From assembly GCA_001662655.1 (NCBI GenBank), contig KV460239.1: a stretch of 64,000 bases of DNA; one strand, given 5' to 3'. The notes beneath the pieces were generated by a model. It saw only the letters and a program-made list of their open reading frames with translations, was not told where the DNA came from and did no database searches. The position numbers were made by a program, and so were the translations under genes. The DNA comes from Pseudogymnoascus verrucosus. Taxonomy: Eukaryota. Below are positions 1-12,602 of the stretch, piece by piece. Each line of letters begins with the position of its first letter. Position 1 is the first letter of the stretch.

Positions 1-237
1 TCCATGAGCGAATAGGACTTTGCAGACAAATGCACGGCGCCGTCATAAAAAACTGCACCCAGTGAGCAATCAGCTTTGTCTAATTTCGTAATCCCCCTAC
101 GCCTGCCGCTGTAGTTCCGCTCTCGCTATCATCGCTGTGTATCCATCCCTAGCAAAGCAAACCACCTTCGTCCAGCGCGCCAAATAGGTAATCATCGCTC
201 AAAAAGCAGACCAAAAAATCGTATCGTCTCGCATCTC

Positions 238-513
238 TCATCCTCGGCAGCAGGAACCAAAGCACATATCTAAAAGAGAAAGTCAGTATATATCAACGAT
301 AATAGAAAGGATAGGTCACCTACCTGGGTTTCCTCCAGTGCGGACGGACCTTGGCTTCTTCACTGCCACAACCTTCTCAGCTGGAATGAGGTTCAAGATT
401 GAATCGGTATCTCCGCGGTCAGCGTTGAAAAGGGAAACACGGACCTTCTGCCAGATGGCCTGAGGAGAGTGTCCGTTGGTGTTCTTGTTGTATGGAGAGG
501 TATAACGCGCCAT
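238..513 (-). CDS. Small spliced hypothetical protein (~73 aa if the 323..270 intron is used)
   Basis: ATG in AAAAATGGC context at 513. Candidate intron GTAGGT(323)...TACTGAC...TTTTAG(270) gives C-terminus ...GGNP-DMCFGSCCRG*. A probable 5'UTR intron acceptor GCTAACGTTTACAG lies near 627-640. Confidence 0.35.
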
Positions 514-1659
514 TTTTGATATGGTGGGGTTTGAATAGCTCTGTGTGTGGTATGTGGGGTTGAGGTTGTCAGCGTTTGAAGGTGACAGTGGGTTCTCCGT
601 GGATGTGGGAGGTAGGTAGCTTTATACTGTAAACGTTAGCCATGTGAACTGCATGCAGGCGCCTCACGGGTATGCGAGTGAAAGAAAATGCAGTGTTTGT
701 CCAAAACGGATATGATCTGGGGACAAAGCACTTGACATGAGGGATAGGTCTTACAAGATTTGGCGGGATAGTCTCACGGGGGAGATTTGTACGTTTGTTT
801 GGTTGGCGATCTGCCGCTGGAGCTTGGACGGCCTCGTGCAGAAGGGTCACACTGTTTGCTTAAAGGAGGCACTACTCGACGGGTAAGTGTGTGTACCACC
901 GGTTGTAATGTGGGGACTAGCTTTTTAAGTGAAAAAGGTCTGGTCGTGGGAATACAGAGTGATTAGTTTTCTTTGTTGGTTGTTTGTATTTGGATAGTAA
1001 TCGGTTGAGGTTATAATGGTTTTCAGTAATCACATTTGGGCAGGAAATATCGAAGCCTTTATACTTGATTTCACCTTTTTTCACTTTTTGTATGATTCAT
1101 AAATGCCAAGGGCATATGATTGATAACTTATTGTTAACTACGAAAATTCAACTGCCAAGACCGAACATTGCTTGTTGTTTACACATATGCTATAAATTCA
1201 CTGTTATTATAGGTTCAAGCAATTATTGCCGAGCCTTGACACCGTCATCCGAAAGCCCTCGGCTTCGGCAGGATAGAGCGGCATCTGTCAGCCGAGTAAC
1301 CTCGGAGAAAGTCCGACAATAAATTATTCCTTTGGGTAAGTGAATTATAACTGGTATTGGCAACGTAGTATAATGAATATGGAATCCCAAATTAATAAGC
1401 GGCCGATAAATAAGTCAAATTGTCAAATCCAGCGTGATATTGAGGTTGCACCGCTAAGATAAAGGTACGACGTCACTTTTTCTATTATAAGCAGGGGTGG
1501 GGCGCCACCAGAATTCCTTGCATCGGGATAGTGTCGATCGATTATCATGATAGGCTCCTTGGCAAACCTTCGTTCCCGCCTCTAACGGAAGCCGTTGGGA
1601 TAAGGCAAAACGACAACATCAATTCCTCATAACGACCGATTTCATAGCACAATTCCGCT

Positions 1660-2535
1660 ATGATTATCCGCGCAGTCTTGGCTACGAGCGCGCTGCTCAT
1701 ATCATCGTCGACTGCGGCAATTAACCCCGCATTGGTTGGGACATGGTCATCCAAGTCCGCCAAGGTGATGACAGGGCCGGTATGGTCGCACCAACTGTGA
1801 ATTATCCGATGGGCAAAGGCTTATTCTTTATCTACAGGGCTTCTATAATCCAGTCAATGACAGCTTCATCGAGCCATCCCACGCGGGGATTTCATACTCC
1901 TTCACTGCGGATGGCTTCTACGAATCAGCCTACTACCGCGCAGTCTCCAATCGTATGTTCCCCTCCCCCCAGCCACATCGCAAGCTAACCCCTCCCCAGC
2001 AACCAGCCCCAACTGCCCCAAAGCGCTTCTCCAATTCCAACATGGCACCTTCACCGAAAATGCCAACGGCTCGTTGAGCCTAAACCCCATCGCCGTCGAC
2101 GGGCGCCAGCAGCTCTCCGACCCCTGCAAGAACTCAAAGAACTCGCAGTACTCGCGCTACCACCAGCCGGAGCTGATGATGAAGTATGAGGCGAAAATAG
2201 ATGATTATAAGAAGATCAACCGACTTGATCTGTACCAATTCGATGGCACGCCCATCCAGCCGCTGTATCAGGCGTATAGCCCGCCTATGATGCTGCCGAC
2301 AGTGACGATGAACCCGACAGACAAGGCTGATGCGGCGAAAGAGACGGGTGCCAAGGTGAAGAGGGGTGAGGGGTTGGCGGAGAGCTTACTCGAGCCACTG
2401 AATAAGGACGCCAAGCACATTAAACGACATTTGTCCGGAGCGATGGATGCGAAGTCGCCGTCCGGTATGGCGGATTCGGTGTGGTGGGCGGGCGTTGGGA
2501 TGACGCTCCTTGGCGGCGCGGCGTATCTGTTATAA
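1660..2535 (+). CDS. ROT1: ER membrane chaperone Rot1
   Basis: Signal peptide MIIRAVLATSALL; GTWSSKS..V.TGPGFYNP, GISYSFT.DGFYE.AYY, FQHGT, PIAVDGRQ.LSDPC and PPMMLPT motifs; C-terminal TM helix; introns 1780-1837 and 1953-1999. Confidence 0.93.
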
Positions 2536-2680
2536 TTATGAGGTTGGATGGGTTGGGTGACATTTTAGACCGGCGAATAGGCGGCGTATATATAGACTTG
2601 GATAGACCTGCACAAGAGGAAGATATTATTTGTAACGATAAAAGTATAAATTAAGCATTGAACAAACTCATGCTGCCACG

Positions 2681-4454
2681 CTATTCAAAACATTGATCCC
2701 AGTGTCCATCGTGTTGTGGGAATGTCAAACTATCAACGAAAGCGCCTAATTTGCAGCGTCCAAGGCTATCGACGCCGCAATTTTGAAGGGGTATCACACG
2801 GTCATTAATCAAGACTCTCACGAGCTCCTCGTCTTGCCCTCCACACTTCATCTTCTCAAAATACGCACGAGCTCCAAACGGCACCATCCGACTCGTCGAA
2901 TAACCATTCGTCTCGTCTATAGTCTGCAAGTTCTCCTTATCTAGTGCCTCTGTGGCATTGAGAAGTCCAATCGCCGCGTAGATGGCCATCATATCGTTGT
3001 CATGGCTGAAATCTGCAAACATTGTAGTGTTCTTGTCGATGGGGAATGTTTTATGTGAGCCGTCCAGGGTGGAATTTGTGCTCGTATGGTCAACGACGGG
3101 ACTGTTGGTCAGACGTGCAATGAGCTCGTTCGCAAAGCCGACACCTTGCGTAGGCCCCATGGGGTTCCCTTGTGCGAAGCCGTAGAATTTGCCCAGTGAT
3201 TGATAGTACTCGTAAGAGAGCCACTCAGACCTGGTGAAAATATGGCAGAAGGGCGACAGAGGCGCCTCGTACTGGCTAGGAACATGATTAGGAGCAACGG
3301 TGTCAAAAGGACACAGATCCATGAGGTATATAATCTCTCTCGAAGTCAAGTTGACACCCTTCAGATCCTCGTTGATGCGGGCCTGAATCGGCGGGACGAA
3401 GGTCGCCGCGAAAACGGATTGGGCATCTAAGCCGCCGTGGGAGAATGGTCCTGACTCGAAGGAGGTGCAGAGATCATGGCTCAGAGTGTTATTAAATTCA
3501 GGATCCTCGGGGATCAGAAGGGCAGGATAACCCTCGTCGTAGTCTGGCCCGGTATGCTCAGGATCCTCCCGTCGAGCAATTTCAAAGCCTTCTATCCACC
3601 AAAGAGCAGAGGCCATCATGCGATCTTGGTCGGTACTCCGTATGAACGGGATTGTATCCTTGGCCAGAGCCTGGTAGCGCTGATAATGTTTGTATCCCAT
3701 GTTAGTCAGTTGCTGGATGCCCACAATAGTTAATTTGTCGGCACCGCTTCTCCATTTGTAGGATTTGAGGAACTCGTATTTCCCCTCGAGCTTCCCCTCA
3801 AAGTTCCCAACAGTTGTGAGGATATGTCCAGCAAGTTTCTTGTACAGAATCGCCTTTGTGAATGTGGGATACCTGGCACCGTGACGAGCTAGCATTTGAA
3901 CGAACGTTATTTCGCAAGACGCCGGGGTGTCTGCCGATATTTCAGAAGGCACTGTGAAATATGGGGAGTACTGGCCCCAATGGTGTGAGATCTCAGGGTG
4001 GCATTGATAGCCATTGTTAATTTCGCCTGCTATCGTACGCACACAGGGAAGTGTATGGTCTCCAGGGCGAGATCGTGCCCAGCTGTTCTTCTGTTAGTAT
4101 GCCACTGAAGAAGATCCGCTCCAATATCAAGGAAAGGCTCGTTGAATGTTGTTCTGAACATGTATGCACCACGTGATAGCAATAAGATACGACGCCCAAT
4201 GAGATTTAGACCTACCCAAAAGCTGCCGCAATGATGAGTAGGAAGGTTAAGCAGATTATAGCAATAGTCAATATTATCGTCGCGGCCCTCTTCCTGGCGG
4301 TGCTTGGGCCTTCCTCTTCCTCCTCAGCAGCGACTGGTTGTTGGGTTGGCTCAGCATCACCATCTTCGGTCAATATAGGTTCATAGTCCGGCCTCGACCT
4401 TCCGGGGATATACGACGCGACTGCCGCCACCGCATCTCGGAAAAAGGACGTCAT
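2681..4454 (-). CDS. Histidine acid phosphatase / 3-phytase with N-terminal membrane anchor
   Basis: RHGARYP and FSHDN catalytic motifs, WGQYSPYF; exon 1 (4454-4216) joins in frame through intron 4215..4083 (GTAGGT...TACTAAC...CAG). Confidence 0.92.
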
Positions 4455-5027
4455 CTCGAGACTGTGTTAACTAACAAAGGTTTTTAAGATGCTGCCTGCC
4501 AGGCTTGATGTTTTCGATGAAGGTGGACTCGAACTGGTCGCCTGATATCGCGCCGACGCCGTGACACCAAGTGTAACCGCAGGCGGCTGAGCAGCAGGTG
4601 ATTCTTCAGAAGGACTATAACATAAGGCGTACCGAGTAGAAATACATGCCGACACCGTCACAATTATTTCTATTTAGTAGAGGTTAACTTTAGAAGGGAC
4701 GTTGAACATCAGTATAGATTGAGAAACAGGGGTTCCAGATGGCAGGGTTTCGCGAAGCGGCCGTAGTATCGACAAGTCACACATGTTTGTTACCATCCAA
4801 CCAAAAGGCCACACGCGCTTGGCGCCAACTTTTCGTTCTGAGTCGCCACAGCGAAAATACTACAGTCTGTCATTTCATCGTATGATCATTATGCATCTGG
4901 GCAATATAGCTATTTGAACTTAGTAGAAGCAATGGAATATATTCAAAACCTCTTTAATGTAATATACAGTCTAGCCCTCGTTGCTTCCCATAGAGAACCT
5001 GCCCTCTACTTCATACCTATGTAATAT

Positions 5028-6500
5028 CTATAAACGGCTGATAATGGCACCGGCGTACTCGTGGGTCTTGGCCGTTCCGTGAAGATCACCGGTCAAGGTC
5101 TTGCCCTCTGCAAGCGTCTCAAAAATGGCCTTCTCGATGCGCACGGCTTGCTCCTCAAGACCCATGTGTCTCAACATCATGATGGAGCTGAGAAGAAGTG
5201 CGGTTGGGTTGGCAAGACCCTTGCCAGCGATATCCGGGGCGGATCCGTGAACAGCCTCGAAGATGGAGCACTCATCACCAATGTTGGCAGATGGAGTAAG
5301 ACCAAGACCACCGATGAGTCCAGCGCAGGTATCGGAAAGAATGTCTCCGTAAAGGTTGGGCATGACCAACACCTTATCGTTGTATGGGGTTGGGTCGGTG
5401 ACAATCTTCAGGCAGGTGTTGTCGATAAGCTCGGCATCAAACTCGACGGCTGGGAAGTCCTTGGCGACTCTCTGGGCGGTGGAAAGGAAAAGACCGTCGC
5501 TCATCTTCATGATGGTGGCCTTGTGGACGGCGCGGACCTTTAGCTTGCCGATCTCCTCAGCGTACTGGAAAGCGTATTTGCAGACACGCTCAGACGCCTC
5601 TCTTGTGATGAGCTTGATGCTCTGCACAACACCGTCAACGACGACGTGCTCAATGCCGGAGTATTCTCCCTCGGTGTTCTCTCTGATGAGAACGGTATCG
5701 ACACCGTCGTATGGGGTCTTAAATCCCGCAATAGAGCGGCAGGGACGCACGTTGGCGAAGAGGTTGAATGTGCGGCGGAGGGTAAGGTTTAGGGAGACGT
5801 GGCCCTTGCCAATGGGTGTCTGAATATGTTTAGCAACCTGTATCTAATGATGGGTCGGTTTCCTTACGGCAAGCGGACCCTTGAGGGCAACCTTGTTCCT
5901 CTCGATGCTCTCAATAGTCTCGTCGGGGATAACAGTCTTGCCATCCTTCAGTCGAGGAGTAACATCAACGGGCTCCCATTTAATTGGTGTCTACAAGGCA
6001 ATGTCAGTCTCATTCCGTACTTCCGTAGGGAAAGAAATGGCGCAAATCGTACATTAGCAGCCTTGAAGATGTCCTTCACTGACTGGGCAATCTCTGGGCC
6101 GATACCGTCACCCTCAATAAGACTGACAGTGTAAAGTCCCTATCGAATCGTTAGTCAAATGTCCTATTACCATCCTATGTCGATTCCAATCGGTCGGCTT
6201 GATAGCATGTCGCAATGTATTCAAGACACTGCAGGTGCAGTGACGCGAAATTGACGCAATTCGGGGTAGCATACATCAGATCCCTTCTTTCCGTGGAACT
6301 TTGCGACCTTCTCATGAGTGCTGGCGCCCGCAGCATATGTTCGTGTCTGGTAATCCAGTTGGTTAGCAGGTTGAACTCCAATTTGCTTATCAATTGGGGT
6401 AATTTGGGGTTCAAACCTGAAGAGAGGATAGCATAGCAACACCATTTGCACGAAGGCATTGGCGGCGCGCAGGCGCGGCAATGGACCGGATAGCGAGCAT
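5028..6500 (-). CDS. IDH2: Mitochondrial NAD-dependent isocitrate dehydrogenase, catalytic subunit 2
   Basis: Arg-rich mitochondrial presequence [52 protein letters not shown] and [13 protein letters not shown] motifs; four GT-AG introns. Confidence 0.93.
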
Positions 6501-6854
6501 CTTGAAATATCACAGACAGAATGCCGCTCTCACGCGAATGCAAGATTGTTGGAGAGAGATAGGTTTGGTGAGGGCGAACTGGAGTTTCTTGAACATGCGC
6601 CACGATTTCAGGCGAAAGCCTTGCACTACCGCGCCAAGAAATATTGCCGCTTCCATCCGTCCATCCGTCCACCAACTGTAGCGTGGCCTATCGCGCGCTT
6701 ATCTTGGCCTGGTCTCACATCGATTGACAGCTCGAAGCTCTACGTCACATTGAAGGCTGGCCAACATAATCTTTGAGAGCGGATGCGGATGCTTATTGTT
6801 TGGGCGAATTGACGAACCTCACGAAATTCAAAAGCGGCATGAGCTTGTTAAAAT

Positions 6855-9800
6855 ATGGCCGACTATGAACGTACTGTGCTCGCGCACTATAATCTCCCAA
6901 CGGCATTCCCAACTGAGTGGCCCGCCGAGAAAGACGAGAGTGATGCCTCAGATGATGAGGGATTGGTCAAGAAGAAGAAAACGAGTAGCACCGGTCGAGC
7001 TTCAAAGTCAAGATATTCAGCACTTGAGCGTGCCACAAGCGATCGTAAAAGTTATGTCCCAGGCTCACAAAAGACTGGAGAAGGGCTGGAGAACTTGGTA
7101 CAAAAGGATGAGCCCGACCCTCTTGGGACAGGCGAAAGTGTCGTGAGAATATTGAGAGGACACGGTCTGCCTGTGCAAGATGACATCCACCTGCGTATGT
7201 TTTACAATCCCCTAACAAACCCCTTTTGAGACTAACATGCGACCCAGGAAACAGATATTTACTGTCGTCAACTACATTTTCGCCATCTTTGTTCCTGTCG
7301 CAGGTGCATCATTCGGCTTCAACTCAGCAACTACTCAATGGCCTAGAGGTCTTGTCGCGCTCAATTGACCAGAAATCCGCATCCCTGAGGGTCTTGGTCG
7401 AATCGAACTTCGAGCGGTTTGTCCGCGCAAAGGCTACGATTGACAATGTATATACCGAGATGAAAACTCGCGGAACGGAATCTGTTCCTATAATCCCTCC
7501 GCGACACTCTCGACATTCGAGCCGGATTAGCTTCAGGGCTGGTAGTCTCGCAGAGGCAGCCCCAGGCATCACGACCATACCCGCGAATAATAAGAAGAAG
7601 AACGCGTTGAGCAAGGAGAGCGAATACGGAGTCCTGGGGATCAAGGCACCACTCGTGGATGTGGCAGCCAAGGCCGAGGAGGTTTGGGGACCAGCGTTGG
7701 GTGGGCGCGAGAAGGAAGATAATCTTAAAGTCGTCGCTGGCGCGCTGGAGAGACACCGCGACATCTATGAAGCACCTGGCTTGATTGCCGAGAGCATCAA
7801 GCGCAAAGATCACGAAACGCTAGTCGAAGAATACGCAAAAGCGACTCGCATTGCTGATGAGGCACGAAAACTTGGCGAAAGCCTAGTCGCGTCACAAACG
7901 CCACCGACAGATCTCCAGTTACAGCATATCATTGTTGCGGCACGAATGTGGTATGATGTTCAGGATCAATTGGATAATTTCAAGCGCGAAGTTTGGCGAC
8001 GACTGGCAGCGGTTCAATATGGTGCTGGACAACCAGGCGGCTCTAGCTCAACCAGGGATCAACATATGGATCTGATAAGCATCCTTCTCGAGCTGGGAGT
8101 TGAAGACAACCCTATATGGGTTTGGCTGTTGAGCCGTTATGACCATTTGAAGAATAAAATCACAGCAATGTCCGAACGATCCAAGGTTGAAATCGAGGTT
8201 CTTCGACGAAGATTAGCTAATGGAGCGAAACCGACGCCACAGGTCCTTGCAAGCCACCTGCAGTCTCTCAGCCGCCAAGGTCTAGAGATCAAATCTGCCA
8301 CACAGGATTCTACTGAGATTATTGAACTGTGGGAGAAAATGCTCACGTTCCTTAACAGCATGCTCTCGTCTGGAGGTGTGCTCGGGGAAGTCCTTGAATT
8401 CTCGCAGACCGTCCAAGGATTTATCGATGGCAAAACCCAGCGAACACTCCCGATGGGCCTTAATGGAGAAAGCCGAAAGCATCACAGGCTGTCAAATCAA
8501 GGTATTGTAGATCTACGGAAAGGGACAATCGAGCTTATCGACTTGATCCGCGAAGGCGTCAATTCATTCTTTGTCGACCCTCCAATTGAGGACATTTCAC
8601 TTCTCTACTCGCCCATCCCACCTACACCCATGACCCCCAAGTCTGGTGGACTGGTTCCCCCAGCTCTTCGGGATCCGAGATTTGCTTTCGATGCCACCAG
8701 TGCACCACCTCCATCTCCCAAACTTGGTGAAGCTTGGGAGAAGTTTGCTTTCTGGCCTCCGTGGGCGAACTCGCTGAGTGGCGTTCATTACCTCGCTAAA
8801 TTGCTTGTTCTCGTTGGATCTGGAGCAAGTGATATGGCGTCTGTTTCGGTCATTGACAAAGGTGATGGTGCAGCTCTAGAGCGTCTGCGTGCACTTGTTG
8901 GAAGCGCCCGCGAGCGCTGCGTTACCGCAGTTTGCGCGGCTTGGAATAAGGATGCTGAGAATATTAAAGTACTCGAGGATTGGAAACGATCAGCAGAGAA
9001 GAAGGAGCTCACGAGGATGCCAGCAAATTTCAGCGCGTTTGAAAGTGCAGTTCTCTCGGGCATGCAGAAGATCCTATATATTCCAGAAGCCATCACCAAG
9101 CCCAACTCGGAAGAGGTGGTCCTGCCTCCTCCTGCGAAGATCCTTCAGATGGTGCGAAGCCAGTTTGTGACAACGCTATATAAAGCTCTGAGCGGCATGG
9201 TTGAGAATGCTGAGCGATCAATTAAGAAGCCCGAAGATGACTGGGCAATTGATGGAGGAGGCATTGCGACTCCTTTGAGCATAGGCCCAGAAATGAGCAC
9301 TGGTATTGAAACTATAGCTGCATCTGATAGAGTGAGTCCCCAATAACTTCTATTGCGGCCAAAGCTAATTTTTTGTCACAGAACATCCGCATGCTTCTCA
9401 CTTTGAGCAATCTTCAGGCGCTAAGGGCTGATGTTGTCCCCAGCTTGACAATGCAATTCGAAAACGCGTTTTCAGTCAAACTTACGGAAGAGGCGAAGAC
9501 CATCCGCGATGTCTTGGCTCAGATAGACGCACGCCTATTTCAGTCGTATACTAGACCACAGATTGATGAGCTCCGAGGAATTATCAAGGCCGGCATATTG
9601 GCTCCTGAATGGGAGCCTTCGCCTTCTGAAAAGCCAAAGGATGTCAAGCCATACGTCTACGAAGCTCTGCTCAGCTTAGTATTGGTCCATACTCAGGTCG
9701 CTACTACGGCCTCTTCTCTGACGCCTCAAATCCTTTCTTATCTGCTGGAGCAGGTCTCCCGCGACCTTCTCGATGCATTCAAGCAACGATCCCAATACAC

Positions 9801-10062
9801 CCTCGCGTCACTTATGCAAGCGACTCTAGACGTCGAATTCGTGGCGCAGACGTTGACCCAGTATACGACTGACCGTGCAGGGCAGTTACAGAGTGATATC
9901 TATCAGGAACTGGACAAGGGGACAGACAATGAGGCGCGTGTGAAGCTGCAAGGGGAACTGCCGGAGATGAGGGCCGTGTTGAAACGGTTGAGGGAGGGAA
10001 GCAGGAGCGAATTCGCTTGCTTTAAGAAGGTTCGAAAACCTACTGAGCGGGTAAAGTCGTAG
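6855..10062 (+). CDS. SEC5: Exocyst complex component Sec5
   Basis: Three ORFs joined by introns 7195-7247 and 9332-9381. Motifs: DEPDPLG, FSPSLFLSQVH, LVESNFERFVRAKATID, NPIWVWL, LMQATLDVEF. Confidence 0.93.
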
Positions 10063-10257
10063 AGGCAATCATATTACGTGGTCCATCGGGTTGGATTATA
10101 GATGGGTCTACAAATCAATTATATCTTTGTCTACAATAATAGCAACCTCTTAAGATGATTAATGATCCAAAACCGATCCCGTGGGGGATATGAGTCTCCT
10201 GCCTACCTAATCTTCGCGACTCGACAGCATATAATTCATTTCATGCACACATCTTCC

Positions 10258-10324
10258 ACGTACGACCATAGACTCAAGGGAATTGGGCATCCCGTCCGCT
10301 CTGCCATACACAAGCTTGGGTATC
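10258..10324 (+). pseudogene. Truncated 5S rRNA gene (5' ~60-67 nt only)
   Basis: ACGTACGACCATAGACTCAAGGGAATTGGGCATCCCGTCCGCTCTGCCATACACAAGCTT matches the 5' half of Pezizomycotina 5S rRNA. GACTCAAG can pair with CTTGGGT. A TATA-like CATATAAT sits ~28 nt upstream. The 3' half (TAGTAGTTGGGTGGGTGACC...) is absent. Confidence 0.88.
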
Positions 10325-10667
10325 CTCTGGATAATAGTCTCAATCATGCCAATAGGCATAGCATGGAATCGCGGCCCCTTGCCGCCTGAAGGGTGGGGTG
10401 TTGCTGCTTAGTTTAATCTTGTTCCGAGGTTTATGCGATCCCTGTATCCGTTACCATCTAGCATTATCTCCACACCATACCATTACACACCTTCCGTCTC
10501 TAAAGTACTATGATGTCTTGTAGATCATTTAGGGGATTTTTCAATGTTATCTATAGATTTTCTTCTCCTCTGCCCTCTTCATTTCTATACAACATTCGAA
10601 CTGTCTTTATTGCTAGATTCCCATCTAATAACGCTGCCAACTCATACAATAGCTTGCACAAGTGAGA

Positions 10668-12440
10668 ATGATCGTACGCCCAAATCCCAACCAAGAAAAC
10701 GAGCACGAGCTTGCTCTACCGACTCCCAAAATGCAGTCGCACATGCCTCACCTGCGCAAGGTCAAAGGCTCGAGCCAATTGATCGTCAACGATGAACCCT
10801 TCCTAATGCTCGCGGCCGAGCTGCACAACTCGTCACTTAGCAGCGCAGAATACATGCGAACAGTCTGGCCAAACATGAAAGCCATGAACATCAACACGCT
10901 CCTCGGTTCCGTGACGTGGGAGATGATCGAGCCTGAGGAAGGGAAGTTTGATTTCGCCGAGCTGGACGAGGTCATCGGCGATGCTCGTAGACACGATCTT
11001 CACCTCGTTCTGCTCTGGTTTGGCTCTTTCAAGAACGCTCTTTCGACTTATACCCCTGGCTGGATGAGGAAGGACGTCAAGCGCTTTCCTCGCGTACACG
11101 TTTCCGAGGCGGGGGCGGTAGTTCGCACCGAGGAACTGGTGTCGCCCTTCAACCAACGAGCATGGGAAGCAGATGCAAAGGCATTTGGGAAGCTGATGGC
11201 GCACCTCAAGGAGATTGATGAAGAACACAGTACTGTCCTCATGATTCAGGTGGAAAATGAAACAGGTCTTCTTGGCGATTCACGAGACCGATCTCGCATC
11301 GCAAACGAGCTATTCGAAAAGCCCGTCCCGCAAGCGCTTCTCCAACACCTGCAGCAGAGCTCTGAGAATAACCTCCATCCCAAGTTCTTACAACGTTTCC
11401 CTCTCGTTAAATCTCTCAGGGCAGGCGAGGCTACCTGGGCAGACGCCTTCGGCCGAGGTCCAGCTGCGGAGGAAATGTTCATGGCCGACGCTTTCTCCAA
11501 GTACATCTCCAAAGTTGCCGAAAGCGGCAAGAAAGAATACCCTATCCCGTTCTACACCAACGTCTGGCTCAACGTAGAAGACGATGGCAGTAACTTGGAC
11601 ACTGACCTCCCGGTAGTTGTCGGCGGTGGAGGCCGTCCTGGTGTCTATCCCTCTGGTGGCCCATGTCCGCACACGCTCGACGTGTGGAAATACAACACCG
11701 CGCCCCATCTCGACTTCATATCTCCAGATCTCTATTTCCACGACTACGAGAGCGTCTGTATCGATTATAAACATGCGGGTCAGCCTTTATTCATTCCTGA
11801 GCAGCGACGGGATGAGAAGGGCGCGAGGCGAACATGGCTCGCATACGGGACTTACGGAGCACTAGGGTGCTCGCCCTTTGGGATCGACTCGGAACTCGCG
11901 TCGGAAGCGGCCATCACGCGGCACTACGGTCTTCTGGCCTCGGTGTCCGATATCGTGCTCAAGAAACAAGCGACGAATCCCGAGGATGTCATGGGGTTCT
12001 TTTTCGACGAGCTCCATGAGGATCCAAAGCCGAGGCTGTGGGTGAGGAGGTTTGGGAATTTCGAAATCACGATTGACCGCGCCTTTGTTTTTGGAAAGGA
12101 GGGGCCAGGAGCGGGCCTGATTATTCACCTTGGTGAGGGTAAATTCCTTCTGGTGGGATGGGGATTTAATTTCCTTGTCAAGAGTGTCAATCCAAAGGCG
12201 ACTTTCGCAAGTATTCTGCATGCTGAGGAGAGAGTCGTCTCGAAGGATGAGGATGGACAGGTTGTGCTGAAGAGGGGGAGGGTGCTTAATGGGGATGAGC
12301 ATCGACATGGAGAGTTCTTAATGATGGCGAATGAGGATCCGGATTATGGTGGATTTCCCATTGCAGTGACGCCTGGATGCAGGACGATGATTTGCGAGCT
12401 AGAGGTCTATGATGTTGAAGAGGATAAGGATGATTACTGA
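10668..12440 (+). CDS. Intracellular GH35-like glycoside hydrolase (beta-galactosidase-like) with C-terminal DUF5597-type domain
   Basis: ELHNSS, WEMIEPEEGKFDF, LLWFGSFKN, QVENE (acid/base), SPDLY, FIPE (nucleophile), SPFGID and LNGDE motifs; intronless; no signal peptide. Confidence 0.88.
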   Translation: MIVRPNPNQENEHELALPTPKMQSHMPHLRKVKGSSQLIVNDEPFLMLAAELHNSSLSSAEYMRTVWPNMKAMNINTLLGSVTWEMIEPEEGKFDFAELDEVIGDARRHDLHLVLLWFGSFKNALSTYTPGWMRKDVKRFPRVHVSEAGAVVRTEELVSPFNQRAWEADAKAFGKLMAHLKEIDEEHSTVLMIQVENETGLLGDSRDRSRIANELFEKPVPQALLQHLQQSSENNLHPKFLQRFPLVKSLRAGEATWADAFGRGPAAEEMFMADAFSKYISKVAESGKKEYPIPFYTNVWLNVEDDGSNLDTDLPVVVGGGGRPGVYPSGGPCPHTLDVWKYNTAPHLDFISPDLYFHDYESVCIDYKHAGQPLFIPEQRRDEKGARRTWLAYGTYGALGCSPFGIDSELASEAAITRHYGLLASVSDIVLKKQATNPEDVMGFFFDELHEDPKPRLWVRRFGNFEITIDRAFVFGKEGPGAGLIIHLGEGKFLLVGWGFNFLVKSVNPKATFASILHAEERVVSKDEDGQVVLKRGRVLNGDEHRHGEFLMMANEDPDYGGFPIAVTPGCRTMICELEVYDVEEDKDDY

Positions 12441-12602
12441 ACTTCTTTATCGCGATCAATACATTCATGCTTGGGCATAATCGTCGTGATCAACCTTTCG
12501 CTTCGCTCAAGGTTGGAGTAAGACTAGATAGTTAGAACGGAGTTCTGTATTTAGAAGGGTTAAGTTTGACAAAACCTTGATTATCAACTATCTAATTCCT
12601 TT

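Noticed and set aside
5061..5823. Long antisense ORFs over IDH2 (and similar ones over SEC5, UPF2, HRQ1 and MOB4)
   Set aside because: Typical shadow ORFs of codon-biased genes; many start at GTG/TTG, which this fungus is unlikely to use routinely.
10388..10410. GGGTGGGGTGTTG as a possible remnant of the 5S 3' half
   Set aside because: Too short and lacks GACC...GCGAATCC; likely chance.
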